Assembly: GCA_965235115.1 (NCBI GenBank)
Contig: OZ249436.1
Location: 41,480,001 to 41,544,000, forward strand
From: Laetmonice hystrix
Lineage: Eukaryota
Direction of reading: 5' to 3'
DNA: 64,000 nucleotides
The translations under genes and the position numbers were made by a program. The notes under the pieces are model-generated. The model did no database searches. It was given only the letters and a program-made list of their open reading frames with translations, and was not told the origin of the DNA. Shown one piece after another: positions 51,501-58,235 of the stretch (positions are counted from its first letter, which is position 1; each line of letters starts with the position of its first letter).

Positions 51501-54500
51501 TAAATCTAATTGTATAAATCCAGTGGGCCTCCGTATACGTTATTACTGTCAGAAAGATTACTGTTTCACTATGCTGTGAGTGTATATTTCTGTATCTTTA
51601 GCTAAACAAAGTAAAAGTAAACTAACACCAATCCATAAATCATTTTTATGCTCCAGGAATGTCACCTATGATATCGGCTATCAGCCAAGAAAATGGAATT
51701 GGTAACTTTTTTTCTTCTCGAATGGTGGCATTGGCAACATCTCGGATCACTTCATACTGCTAATAAAAAAATAAGTGTGTGGCTTCAGTGTATTGTTACG
51801 TATACTCAATGTTAACCCAGGTGTTTTCTCAACTCAAGTGTCTTCATCCGGCCAGCTTAGCAGCCAGCTTTCCATTGTAATGCTTTCTGGTTGCGGCCCA
51901 AGGTTGTATCCTGTTCGCCTTACCACCCGCTCACAGCATTAAAAATGCGCAACCTTGCTGTAGCAGGTCCAGCCATTGGTCAGTTTCATTGGACCAATTA
52001 AATAATCACCTAAGTTTATAAAAGTTAATGTTTCCTAATATTCAGCAGAGGGAACCATCGACAACAGAAAAATCACCTTTAATGAAGTGAGAGATAACGT
52101 GGCTGTGCTTGACAATAGGGACATTAGAACTCGGGCACATGATGCTACTCTACTTTATGTCCCTCTGCCAAAATCTGAATTATTTAAAAAATCAAACAAC
52201 TACTATCGACCTGTGATATGGAAGAACCTACCTCTGCATATCCGATGTTTAAATGAGCTCAACAAATGTAAAGCAGCTATTAAAAGACACTATATAAGTA
52301 TGTTCTTATCGGATAACAACCTTTAACACGAATGCTGGTAATCACCAGATGTGATACTGTCTCTGTGAGACTGCTCATGTATGTAGTCTTGTATATATTT
52401 TTGTTGACCTGTATATTATATTCTTGTACATACATATACTTCCATGCAGGACCTCACATTTGTAACGGCACCCAGCCGAGTGGGTAATCCTGGGTAAAGA
52501 TGTTCAATAAAAAATAAAAAAAAACTCAGCTGTCCAATTTGGACTCTGCTATAGTACTAGCATATTATTTACACTCCACGGAGTTCGGTAAGCTATCAAG
52601 TTAGCAATATATGTCTGAATTTTGCAATTTGATACATTATAATATCAGTCTTTAATTTAATATCTGCTGTGGAGACCGTCACACCAAATGTATGGTAACC
52701 CACTCCGTTACCATGTCACCGGGTGTGCTTGTCAGTTAGTTTTGTACTAAGCTGGTGTTTCTCTATGTAAATAAACCTCTGTATATATATTATCCGTTTG
52801 GGTCTGACTTGTTTCCATATTTTTTCTTGTTACGTCCTGGAGTGTTGCCTAAGGAAAGCCTCATGAGCCGCCTTGCATGTGACAGGATGCATACCTTGTT
52901 CTTCTTCATCCAAATGCAAATCCTTTGGCATACTGTTGGCCAAGGTTGATGTGAACGCTTTATTAAAGGCATCCTGCTGCTGTTCTTTTAGACCTAGATA
53001 GAATATATAACATATTACTCTATATATTATAATGTCTAAATGTACTCTAAGTATATTTTATTAAAAATGGTTATGGCCTATAAAGCATTCTTATATTAAT
53101 ACATTGTAAAAGTGTAACTCTGCATGTAAAAGAATCCAGACATGTAATCTCTAATTCCGAATACGTGGTATTTAATACTGGAGTATGCATGTAACTTATA
53201 GTTGTAATCAACAAATTGTGTGTAAATTACCTTCCCCCTGCCCCTGGCCCTGGAGGGCTGCAGAAAACAACTCTTGAAAGATATTGGATCCTGCTTGTTG
53301 GCCTGCTTCACCACCTCCAAACATGTTGCCTAATGCAGCTGTAGGTCCGTCAAGTAGTACCATGAAAAAAATTAATCTGCAGTGCTCTCTTTTTAAGATT
53401 ACCCGGATATTGTTTAAAAGGCAAAGATGTCAAGGCAAGACTATAGATATATTCAACAACACACAGAAATCGATGAAAAACAATGCATCACCATAGTCAC
53501 TAGGGGGCGCCACCTGACTTTTGGGACAAGTTGCAGTGATATGCAAGAATCCAGCTACCTTATACCTTCCCATATGCCTTATACAATAAAGAATAACATC
53601 AGCAATAAATGCAGGTCAATAGGTTTCACATAAACGAGAATGCCAACCTTAAACTATGAGTATCCTACCTCTAGCCGAGAATTGACTTAGGCGCCATTTT
53701 ACATCACAATATCACAGGGGAGATTGTTTCGGCCAATCAAAAATAGTCAGGTCACCCGGAAGTGTGACGTCACCAGAGCCGCAAACTTCGACCAGCTGTC
53801 AGATCAGGTGAGGATACAAGGAAGTCAGAGAGTCTAGACTGAGACTGCGAGTGAGATTATCCATGTCAGACTCATAACAGGAGAACGATCAGCAGGCCTA
53901 ACCACACCACTGACTTGGTGCTGATCCTTCCTGAAGATGCCTGGGTGTGCTGCCAGCACTGTGCAGCAACTCCAGACAAACAGAACGGTAGCCCGACGCT
54001 TGCAAGCCATGTCCCCGGCCGTAGTTTGTCAGACTCCATCCATGTCCCAACCAGTGTACATTTCATTCTCCAGTTGACAATTCTCCATATAAATAATAGT
54101 TTTTAGCCATCATTTCATGTGTTGGAGGGTATTGCGACGAATTTCTGTTTGTTTAAGCACCCGGTAAGAGGTTTTTCACTATGTTGTCGATCGACCAAAT
54201 TAGCATGTCTGGCCCCGTCCGCCACCAGTGCACTCCCATCAGAAACATGGGCGAGTGCCACCCGTTGTCGTTGACTTGACCACCTGACTCGGGCTGAGTG
54301 GGGCATGGAGTCTGGGACAGGGCACGCATGGGACATGGAGTCATGTAATTGACATGGGCCGAGATCACCAGGGTCCGAGGTCACCACGGGCCAAGTTCAC
54401 CAGTACCCATTATTGTACACAGTGTCGGTGAAGATGGTTGACCAACACGTTGATGGGGAATGGGGCAGGCTCTAGCGACGCCATTTTTATAAGGTCTCAC

Positions 54501-55346
54501 AGCAGTGACTGCAGAAAGATGGAGGCAGTAGGCATACGGTCAACTGTCAGTTTCTATCCGGGATTACTTTTAGCCTATTGCTTGTGGCGGTTTCGGATCG
54601 CTTTAACGGTTGAGGAAAGTATACGGTTGAGGAAAGTCTATACGGGGCCTCGTGAACACTTGCCCAGTAGCCTGAGATGTTTTCTCAACTTGTCCAGCAA
54701 GTAACTTTTGTAGAACACTTCCAGCTTGTCAATAAGAAATCCAACCCTTGCACTAGAAGCTCACCAACTGGTCAGGTCTTTATAACCCGCAGTATATTGA
54801 GCATGTCATCATTAACCATTGACCTGCCTGCAATTGCTCGGCTACAGTCAATCTAATTTATTTAGATCTCAGTTATTTCCCATGTACTCCACACTAGGAT
54901 CTAATGGCATCCCCTAATATGGGGTCACCTTAGGCTGCCCTTTGACCCAGATTCAAGTTTGACGTTGAAAAGGCTTACAAGCGCACACTGAAGATTTCGT
55001 AGGTGACTCGCCAATTGGCTGAATCCAAAAGTCAGCCTGAGGTGACCCCTAGGCAGGGATGTCCTTATCATATGGATTGTTGTATGATATATATTTCTGT
55101 GTAGATAGGACAGGTTATCTCTGTAAAAGTTGATGAAATTGGATCTGAATCTGATTGGATCTGAAGCACTGAGTTGACTTTTAACATACCTGCTGCAGCA
55201 GCCTGCTGTTCAGTGGATCGAGTTCCTCCCGGTGCATCAGTCTGGTCTTGCACAGCTGCAGCCTGGCCAGCTGCATTTAAGATGCCACCAAACATTTGAC
55301 CAAACAGGTTCATGGGAGCATTGTTGTCCTCATTACCTCCGAACAT
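348..55346 (-). CDS. Giant multi-exon ROCO-family gene (LRR, pseudo-Roc/SPRY, COR, SPRY, MSP, LRR-EF-hand-LRR, Roc, COR, TIR, TIR); 3' end lies outside the window
   Basis: 77 GT-AG exons thread with compatible phases from the ATG at 55346 (MFGGNEDNNAPMNLFGQ) to exon 348-530, summing to about 10,860 nt or 3,620 aa with no in-frame stop. Motifs include the P-loop GLGAAGKTT, WDFAGQ, COR 'AVQFLHDLG...NPQW', TIR 'FVSYCW...CWLDIE...NCMMELRFA', and SPRY, MSP and EF-hand motifs. A few boundaries (38574, 33808, 31370) are uncertain. Confidence 0.88.
1949..2010. mobile_element. 62-bp MITE, Academ-like (TAG...CTA ends), 9-bp TSD
   Basis: TIRs TAGCCTGGTCC and GGACCAGGCTA; flanking direct repeat TGAACACCC at 1940-1948 and 2011-2019. 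Confidence 0.8.
2209..2278 (+). repeat. tRNA-derived SINE head fragment
   Basis: A-box TGGCCGAATGG and B-box GGTTCGAATCT, with no acceptor-stem pairing. Confidence 0.5.
3752..3953. mobile_element. Palindromic MITE; related fragments near 1675-1722 and 2410-2458
   Basis: Long imperfect hairpin (cgcgctgaaatatcgatt...ttttccatgtaagc / gcttacatggaaaa...aatcgatatttcagcgcg). Confidence 0.75.
4361..4512. mobile_element. CAGGG...CCCTG MITE family (GC-run type); relatives at about 16450-16667, 17808-17933, 46870-46907, 49597-49801
   Basis: Termini cagggccgaatccag and ctggaaacggccctg; the other copies carry gcggatccag/ctggatccgc-type TIRs and poly-G/poly-C runs. Confidence 0.6.
5575..6015. mobile_element. 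Kolobok-like MITE with about 130-bp TIRs
   Basis: ttaa|AGGCAGG...CCTGCCT|ttag; 5590-5700 is nearly the exact reverse complement of 5890-6002. Confidence 0.85.
6966..7794 (-). repeat. 3' LTR (829 bp)
   Basis: Direct repeat of 14938-15766; ORF-track peptides lying wholly inside the two copies are identical. Confidence 0.95.
8362..8859 (-). pseudogene. ORF3 at the env position, probably an internally deleted env-like gene
   Basis: 165-codon frame between pol and the 3' LTR, preceded by a strong acceptor (ctttcttctgcttgctctccag|, exon starts 8848). It is overlapped by an ATG mini-ORF (8721-8831) that looks like a signal peptide. Confidence 0.55.
9093..13487 (-). CDS. pol: Pol polyprotein: protease, RT, RNase H, integrase, chromodomain-like tail
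   Basis: ALVDSGA (protease), LPFGL...YVDD (RT), CDAS...E...TDH (RNase H), HHCC plus HIDF/SDRG/ERFN (integrase), WKGPY. The frame is open right up to the gag stop codon. Confidence 0.97.
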   Translation of the reverse strand, partial: CGSSVHNRVHLNRENTTDSLLAKKLFNDYERIDQVKTLFSSKDSNLSKSSDIIYSSQTNQSVVKQIQPKARLTPSQNKKITSATLRILSNQDTNTDLSDSDHKEITVPRIMQVNSNTDSEFGNLIRLKVGNISTLALVDSGARVSCISNNFLRNMPTTPKQLMPLFDAVVGVGGEEHKVLSCIELKLNIQGNLVTQTFHVLEGHHSVILGLDFLNRYNIQLNFEEGSMIFPTGKCIPLQHPPRRTTVARTVSTIHILPRSQRTITVAFSKAQHSLIYMEPVFSLQEFHPDLVVPPTVDDPKGRFTQCKLLNHSDNLIILPKFTAIGLASTLFQPEILYNSEDAFNDELSGLDYKGMTESQLPKQDIDFDVSNSNLSPENKSELLEFLKAHRKAFAVDISELGTVKVAPHTIDTGDSPPVSQRFYRANPIVREEIDKQIDLLLKHNVIEPSTSMWRSPIVMVRKSDSSYRFAIDFRKLNQVTKKISFPLARVEDVWDSIGQRKSAIYSLLDLNSGFWQVKLDPATKHKTGFVTQHRQFQFRKLPFGLCNAPATFQKTMTEVLGDTLYDCAFVYVDDIIVHSPDFKTHLKDLERVFKRLEEAGITLKPSKCKFGEESVKYLGHILSKDGIRPNPDKIRIVKDFVTPTNPRHVRKFLGLCNYYRRFIKDFGKLRAPLNDLLIKNTPFSWTEECAHSFQTLKDRLTGPVMLCFPDPTRKYTITCDASGTGLGFILSQQDKHGIDRVLAYGGRSLRRDEKAYSITEREGLAVIEGIREYRTYLIGSDFDIVTDHKALTYIKANEGGTGRLARWALELAGYNYNVVFRKGAENVNADVLSRTDDITTDIKAKLSHSVACQTDSFQPGETETGNVDEIIHPHLAALSEHLFQPDAMPNLSTQIAAIDINAEIDAQEQTQLQLTSEADIKRQQQTGKTGKILKYLLTNQNKPEGYTDANLAKFKVQDGLLYHQLYLGVDPTGTEIIKLQLVIPEEGKVSPGDLRSSVMEHYHNNLLGGCHQGFDRTYDAIRRKYFWFNMYTHVQDLVNSCASCQQAKTHRHSRPAPLKPMPIVGRFERWHIDFLGPLRESSGNHKYILLIVDSFSRWPEAFPLESSDAKTVARVLYEEIFTRYGAPKTLVSDRGKQFLSMLVASLCELFKVKRIHTSPYHPQTNATCERFNAVIAQGLRAYVDTTQSDWHTYLPGILMSYRATPAARSTGMSPFYTLFGEDMSLPIDRIVEPKPNLPTTVQNYLTKTLGHIRRIHELAKSNIEKHQTQYKSYYDKDTEPPRFKVNQLVWLRDQKVPVGLSSKLHKPWKGPYYIEQVHDNNTYTLRNTSSHKPLPNRQNGNRLKPCVTSEPPPETMEPDNNQTLPQSNTTTVPPNILSDPTSNVTHDVMNYPNPPKPIKILKAGYQNGKKVYKVRLEGQSPQWLLPNDVPPNMIADFHAKFTNTGKAKKFKQKSLLQECRVSQ
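13488..14885 (-). CDS. gag: Gag polyprotein (465 aa)
   Basis: ATG-initiated ORF just after the PBS. It has a capsid-like region (F.G...FI..F...L...ARDW; RTQLPNEQVTAYI...ILGGLRPEIR) and a double zinc knuckle CGNCG...CRARGMTCHHCGRIGHVISMC. Confidence 0.93.
   Translation of the reverse strand: MSKTISTPSTSRPDTACPAHATRSRKPELAGKWSVSARQVTDPPPSPPSTPSPPPSPPPPSPPLERMAEQPACPPYTQTFNGYSSKDGENFIDNFDTYCSHYNCTAEDKTNLVSLSLTELARDWLKSFLQRDVAYGTEEAKWEALKREFGERFRPSADDVLLGERALASRTQLPNEQVTAYIDIMQLAARHCPEVTEPQLVRLILGGLRPEIRSLVMTQRPQTVADLYTASANCSTHSYSGPVTQAAPLNLRPAAPPFTTQSAAPPFTTQSAVTSSHSSTARLPAPSALHSISNLLYGQTTTDVTPVDFTPSQQDQTSSALQRLTEMMEKLTTAVNTQVNSHQHNSHEHSYRSTSPSHNRNPSPRYHQRGRSPSPRSSGNSYCGNCGDTSCRGRPNCRARGMTCHHCGRIGHVISMCRSRKSGMPRQTSLRYTPPSRGRANVQFMAPSHTQNNQYTTQRHPSHWH
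14927..14935 (-). promoter_or_regulatory. Primer-binding site, tRNA-Ala type
   Basis: The minus strand reads ...CGACA-GT-TGGTGGAGA. TGGTGGAGA is complementary to the UCUCCACCA 3' end of eukaryotic tRNA-Ala. Confidence 0.7.
14938..15766 (-). repeat. 5' LTR (829 bp)
   Basis: Apparently identical to 6966-7794. On the minus strand it begins TATCATC and ends CGACA, and contains TATATAA (about 15286-15292), a donor CCG|GTAAGT (15150/15149) and ATTAAA (15068-15073). Confidence 0.95.
17604..20193 (-). CDS. ROCO gene: post-TIR exons
   Basis: Exons 19978-20193 (charged, coiled-coil-like), 19412-19556 (YPRLFVIDL), 19008-19087, 17604-17687 (LCIKIFCEHEQ, then donor gtaag). Confidence 0.75.
18327..18620. 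mobile_element. MITE with a 10-bp TSD (MuDR-like); second, truncated inverted copy at about 54849-55066
   Basis: TIRs CAATCTAATTAAAATTAGATCTT and its reverse complement; TSD GGTATGGACG at 18317-18326 and 18621-18630. Confidence 0.88.
20818..21917 (-). CDS. ROCO gene: TIR domain 2 (TIR_2-like, catalytic-position Glu retained)
   Basis: Exons 21744-21917 (CFVSYCWSN...GISCWLDIEQ), 21367-21438 (GLFEDITEGIRAADVMIACVSDE), 20818-20928 (YSTSLNCMMELRFA...PIVFAVV). Confidence 0.9.
22070..24053 (-). CDS. ROCO gene: TIR-like domain 1 (degenerate)
   Basis: Exons 23852-24053 (DIFINF...NPIEVIDSLVQHGYK), 23477-23543 (CWYDE...ALQESK), 22609-22773 (MMLVMISTEFTTDDQCQQLF...KPYTVV), 22070-22168. Confidence 0.8.
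22356..22470 (-). repeat. SINE 3' fragment (central conserved core plus tandem tail)
   Basis: ggag...ggagtaccccggtaaaaccgtcgacc resembles a widespread invertebrate SINE core in antisense, next to a (tttga)n tail. Confidence 0.45.
23022..23422 (-). mobile_element. 5'-truncated I-group (Nimb-like) LINE: ORF2 C-terminus, 3' UTR and (ACTC)n tail
   Basis: THVFLLKGEPRPECHGCQCPLTLKHLLLEC...ILEFLSEAGL is the CCHC finger that ends ORF2 of RNase-H-bearing LINEs; tail gagtaagtgagtgagt at 23024-23039. Confidence 0.82.
24208..26520 (-). CDS. ROCO gene: intact COR domain
   Basis: Exons 26439-26520, 26105-26251 (AVQFLHDLGTLQYF...INPQWIVDVM), 25777-25944 (LTEAFDLTF...LVPCLLPE), 25112-25210 (YKFSYLPAGLFNRLQ), 24854-24948 (IWKRGSV), 24483-24633 (IPCPDC), 24208-24325. 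Confidence 0.92.
25284..25657. mobile_element. PIF/Harbinger-like MITE
   Basis: taa|AGGGGCTCTCACA...TGTGAGCGCCCCT|tta; internal CGAT/ATCG repeats. Confidence 0.8.
26708..28175 (-). CDS. ROCO gene: intact Roc (Ras-of-complex) GTPase domain
   Basis: Exons 27838-28175 (LRTPP...KLMLVGLGAAGKTT...TNGIDI...WDFAGQSVFYNTHQ), 27320-27466 (FFLSNRAVYLLLW...FWLSSI...PIFVVATHYD), 26994-27080 (FHFVSS), 26708-26814 (GIKELK). All G-boxes are present. Confidence 0.95.
27532..27744. mobile_element. Tc1/mariner-pogo-like MITE
   Basis: ta|CCGTATATGTCCCTTTAGCTGCGCA...TGCGCGGCTAAAGGTACATATACGG|ta. Confidence 0.8.
28470..30416 (-). CDS. ROCO gene: LRR block with an inserted EF-hand
   Basis: Exons 29857-30416 (LPALKGLDLEGGSQLQQIPD...LEQLPADIG), 29429-29598 (LQDIPTDIGKLTKLTHLDLSHS), 29156-29265, 28879-29002 (LFAQCDGDKNVVLDEKEM, EF-hand loop), 28470-28667 (LEELDLSYQALRFIP...LESLPGSIG). 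Confidence 0.9.
30610..31926 (-). CDS. ROCO gene: linker exons between the MSP domain and the second LRR block
   Basis: Exons 31711-31926, 31512-31593, 31188-31370, 30785-30936, 30610-30669; GT-AG and phase-consistent, no recognised domain. Confidence 0.7.
32297..33510 (-). CDS. ROCO gene: MSP (major sperm protein / VAP-like) domain
   Basis: Exons 33372-33510, 32918-33014, 32648-32807, 32297-32390 give FSPSSTIRF...SLYFQNITDSKLLIKVKTNRPRNYVCAPSNAVLAPQE...KDKFLLEW...LW...KLGCDF, matching the VAP consensus FKVKTTxPxxYxVxP...KHKFMVQ...KLRCVF. Confidence 0.8.
33598..36534 (-). CDS. ROCO gene: central exons including a clear SPRY domain
   Basis: Exons 36353-36534, 35838-35997, 35414-35517, 35095-35177, 34791-34893, 34406-34526, 34218-34289, 33808 (or 33865)-33930, 33598-33665. 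Motifs YFEADILSLG...GVGM and IGDQIGCG...TIFFTHN are canonical SPRY. Confidence 0.72.
34027..34205. repeat. Short element with 15-bp tandem units in inverted arrangement
   Basis: ggacatttgggcca-type units (x3-4) face (ccgtggcccaaatgt)x3 around an AACCCT-like core. Confidence 0.6.
36633..36920. mobile_element. Partial Harbinger-like MITE with (ttccgttttccga)n repeats
   Basis: ttccgtttt/ccgatt arrays face atcggaa/cggaaa arrays; ends catggaaatgcggct-tta. Confidence 0.6.
37079..37299 (-). CDS. ROCO gene: Cys-rich putative zinc-binding exon
   Basis: VNRSVCADHEW...CTWCLNC...C...CQC...CCQHCGICPAC, 13 Cys with several CxxC pairs; phase 1 to 0 fits its neighbours. Confidence 0.75.
37704..42197 (-). 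CDS. ROCO gene: C-terminal half of the degenerate Roc plus first (degenerate) COR domain
   Basis: Exons 42028-42197 (PAFVILGVT, at the Roc G4 position), 41646-41757, 40874-41095 (GLKELEEVL...LEAILRLLHDW), 40250-40456 (GKVIFL...ILDVERFVKVL), 38574-38758 (YLLHPL), 38303-38499, 37704-37898. These parallel the intact COR motifs GIKELK and AVQFLHDLG. Confidence 0.7.
42490..47568 (-). CDS. ROCO gene: three tandem SPRY-like domains
   Basis: Exons 47465-47568, 47089-47277, 46369-46486, 46092-46190, 45826-45908, 45528-45716, 44830-44992, 43870-44001, 43588-43673, 43300-43464, 42881-43010, 42490-42615. SPRY-like motif sets recur three times: LEVKLI/MEVEIL/FEVTVV, then GDTMSFG/GDRMKI/GDKYKV, then FKNGK/FYKNN, then SYPAFAV/GLHPII. 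Confidence 0.7.
44263..44679 (+). mobile_element. Non-autonomous hAT element retaining a transposase C-terminal dimerisation fragment
   Basis: TIRs TAGGGCTGAAACGAT and ATCGTTTTAGCCCTA; 8-bp TSD GTTATTTC (44255-44262, 44680-44687); internal YLDIPVSSVPSERLCSTAVDIV...LSAENVDKLIFL. Confidence 0.92.
45048..45367. mobile_element. MITE with CAGGGTGTATCCA TIRs and ttccatgactttt subterminal repeats
   Basis: cagggtgtatcca...tggatacaccctg, flanked by TTTTTA on both sides. Confidence 0.8.
47671..48123 (-). CDS. ROCO gene: N-terminal half of a degenerate Roc-like domain
   Basis: Exons 47939-48123 (NITICRQSDDGSSLAEYL...DFSITET) and 47671-47793 (LLPQHPTQVIVPFD...TITYFINK) follow the LRRs. They keep a Roc-like strand/helix pattern but lack the GKT and DxxG motifs. 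Confidence 0.55.
48256..48497. mobile_element. Tc1/mariner-like MITE
   Basis: ta|CAGTGATCTGGAAAAACCTAG...CTAGGTTTTTCTAGATCACTG|ta. Confidence 0.85.
48676..48829. mobile_element. Near-perfect hairpin Harbinger-like MITE (CWG TSD)
   Basis: ctg|GGGCCGGTTTTACTAAA...TTTAGTAAAACCGGCCC|ctg; about 70-bp arms with only a few mismatches. Confidence 0.9.
48843..49459 (-). CDS. ROCO gene: cysteine-containing (F-box-type) LRR exons
   Basis: Exons 49352-49459 (NLTHLIEVDFSGCVNLTDFGLLCL) and 48843-49026 (VSLDGCVRVTEQGLEYLSRC...LEGCPL) match the LxxLxLxGCxxLTDxGLxxL consensus. Confidence 0.85.
49884..55346 (-). CDS. ROCO gene N-terminal exons (Gly/Gln/Ala-rich and coiled-coil-like region)
   Basis: Exons 55190-55346, 53231-53338, 52895-52993, 51372-51428, 50689-50775, 50305-50375, 49884-49973. 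All are GT-AG with consistent phases (for example ...LHLDEEEQ|EEFKRVMVKQQMKLQRMGL). Confidence 0.75.
52085..52524 (+). mobile_element. 5'-truncated CR1/L2-like LINE 3' end
   Basis: RTRAHDATLLYVPLPKSELFKKS..YYRPVIWKNLPLHIR...KAAIK matches the CR1/L2 ORF2 C-terminus; followed by a UTR and an aataaaaaataaaaaaaa tail. Confidence 0.75.
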
Positions 55347-56338
55347 GGTGCTCCTCTTTGATGGTCCTCACCATACAAACCTCAGCTTGATGAAACACAC
55401 TCACAACCTCAGTGGATCCTGCAAGTTTTGACGGAATAACCGATAGAAAGACAAATACGAACAAAAAAAATAGTAATAGGCGTACTGTAGGCCTACAGCT
55501 AGTACACATTCATTTATTCAGTAAGAATTACCTGGCAAGTGGTGTACAGGAACATGAAGGTCATGTTATATTTCATAACAATGACAATGAAACTCCATTG
55601 GCCATGGTCTAAACAATGTTTTCCTAATTTTTTTAAAGGCAGTGTTTAGCTGGCTTTTGGCATGGTCATGTGACCATTGAGCTTTAATCCTACTAGATAA
55701 TGCTAATAGCTGACTATCCAATTAACACCTATACAATTTGAGACCAAAAAAAAAAACTAACCCTAGGCCTGACCTTAACCCAAGCAATTTGTTTAGATTT
55801 GGTAATTAGTCAAACTAAGATAATGTTATTTAGCCGTTTGCTGACTAAATACAGGCCCCTTTTTGGCATAATATTCACATTCAGAAAGAGAAAGATATGT
55901 AGTCTTGTAGACCTAGCCTATAGGCTAATGACGTGTCCATCTGCCCCTTTTCATAGACCCCCTATTTACTAAATGTATTACAACCTTGTTCTGAATTTTG
56001 GCCATAGTTCCAGGTGAAATTGAAGGTTTACTTTGATGGAGTATGTCTACTGCAATATCAATTCAATTCAAACGCATGCTGGGATGGCAGAATCACACGC
56101 GCTGATGCGGGCACAGCTCTGTAGACTATGTGGCGGGAAGTTGAAACGCTCCCCCATATACCTGGCTTGTGCATGGAGGGCGATAATTGATAATAATTTG
56201 GTACCGTTACGATTTCTTGTCAGTTTTCGAGTAACAAAGAAAATACAAAATTCCGTCTGTAACCATTAATCATATATGGACGTTTATCAGAACTGCATAC
56301 CTCGATTCGATTCTTACATTATTTGGATGGGTTCTTAC

Positions 56339-56420
56339 CAAAGACGGAGATATCGCCGTAGGCCTACACGTCGCGGACACGGCGTTCCTTCGTTGCCAGG
56401 GCCGATCTTGTTTGTTTGGG
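56339..56420 (-). promoter_or_regulatory. Probable non-coding first exon and CpG-rich promoter region of the ROCO gene
   Basis: Locally CpG-rich stretch ending in a consensus donor (TTG|GTAAGA, intron starts 56338). The ATG-containing exon begins at an acceptor (ttgcag|, 55418), so an upstream exon is needed. The 5' limit is approximate. Confidence 0.45.
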
Positions 56421-57947
56421 CAGAACTGGACGGGAGGTTGGGATGATGTTCGAAGCCTACCGGGGTATGGAACGCCGTTGGCACTTTATATTTAGTGCAG
56501 CGGGCTGGCTCGTATTCGCCGATCGAAGGCTATTAATGTTCAAAGCTGGCCTAGGCCTAGTCTATACGTAGACCTATAGGCCCTAAGTCTATATAGGCCT
56601 ACAGACTGGGTCGTAGAGCATCCAACTTCCAAGCCAATGGGCGTGGAACTGCCCCAGGTCTGCAGGCCCCCCTGTGAAACCCCAGAAAATTTTCCAAAAG
56701 GGGGGTTTTGGATGTCGTGACCCCCTGCTCCTGCCGAAAGCATGCAGTTTAATTGGATGCTGAGAAGCCGGGAAATAGCATCTGATAATGCCTTCTATAG
56801 CTAGGATTCCCAAAATAATTCGCGGGCTTGGCGCGGGCGCCTTTTAACATTATGACTTATCCTGCCCGATAGGCTAGGCCTAGGCCTAGGCCTACTGTTA
56901 GAACTTGGGCCTAACTGTAGCCTAATAAAAGCACCCATGACCCCTTTCCTAGTGTCGAATTTGAAAGAAAACTGTGGAATAAGTAGGCCTATTGAGATAG
57001 ACTATCCCTAAAATGTGATTTTTTTTCCAATATGGCTGCCAAGCGGCCATATTGGAAGTTATCAAAGTAGGCCTATCCTTTGACGTGCATCATTCCACAA
57101 GGAGATACCCGATCTTGTGTTAAAATATGAAAATGATTGGAGCATGCCTTTTTGAGATATCGCTGTCCAAGATATCTGTAGGCCTATGAATTGTGTATAT
57201 CTTCAAATGAATTGAAGATATTTTCAAATATTTGAAGATATCTGTAGGCCTATAAATGCTGAATAAAAGTACCAATTAGTATGAAGACGCCCGGACGGCA
57301 TAATGCCATTATCTCGCGTAGGCCTATATACTTATATAGCCTATAATTGCTTAAAGGTGCATATTATCAGGAAACATGAAAAATCGGTATTTCAAAGAAC
57401 TTTTGCTGTTTTCATGGAGAGATCCTTCATAAAAATTGCTTGGTAAACACAGACAGACTAATTAGGCCTATCAGTTCCATTTTACGTGAGAAATCGAAGT
57501 TTTTGGAACCCCCTTGCTGGCCATCTGGAAAAACGGCTCCGCCCACCGTTTGCACGTGGATTTTGTTGACACACGTGACATGCTCGCGCATGCTCAGACG
57601 GTTTGTTTTGAAGCGCTTAAAGATCATATTTCAAGCTTTTAAAACCTGGATGACTATAAACTCTGACCCTGATTGTAACAGTCCCCGATTGTTTCAGTCT
57701 GACTACATTTAGAAGTTTCCTGTAAAAGCGACTTTTATAACTCAGCAGGGCCATAGAAATTCCTCCAACCTCCATCTGGGGCGTTTCAGATTGCAACTGG
57801 GCCATGACGTCAAAAGTGGCCACCACCAGCAGCAGCCGCCCTGGCATCAGTTAGTTCTCTATAGGCTTTATGCTTGGCTCTACTTGGCTGTCACCCTTTT
57901 ACCTCGTTTATTTTTTCGTTTTACCACAAATTTTTGAGTTTACCGCG

Positions 57948-58235
57948 ATATGGTTTTTGTGTGCTACATTTGGCTGCAGCAAAAGGTCGTCCTCTGGAAG
58001 AAGTTTTTCCAAATTTCCTGATGATCCAAAGCTCCGCAAAGTGTGGATAGAGAAACGTAGATCTAAGCGTGCGGCATGGACACCAACATCTTACTCCATG
58101 CAGACTGTGCTCACATCACTTCGGTTCGTAGGGGATGCATTCTCAGTTGATCCACTACTAGTTCTAAAGTCAGTTGGCTTCAAGCCTGGATAAAATCTAC
58201 TTGAAAAAGGATGCTGTGCCAACCATCTTCACGTT
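57948..58235 (+). pseudogene. Frameshifted THAP zinc-finger coding remnant, probably within a Kolobok-like DNA transposon starting near 57355
   Basis: CATFGCSKR...FSKFPDDPKLRKVWI...WTPTSYS, then LCSHHF, then LKKDAVPTIF across frameshifts and a stop; upstream terminus ttaa|AGGTGC at 57351-57360. Confidence 0.78.

Noticed and set aside
51666..51759. AG/GT-bounded open segment QYEVIRDVANATIREEKKLPIPFSWLIADII
   Set aside because: It is phase 0 to 1 between phase-1 neighbours that already join cleanly, so inclusion would create a stop.
53870..54820. Possible decayed LINE ORF1 (LIWSIDNIVKNL resembles an esterase 'GDSIVK' motif)
   Set aside because: Multiple stops and frameshifts with only a weak motif; it cannot be supported without a search.
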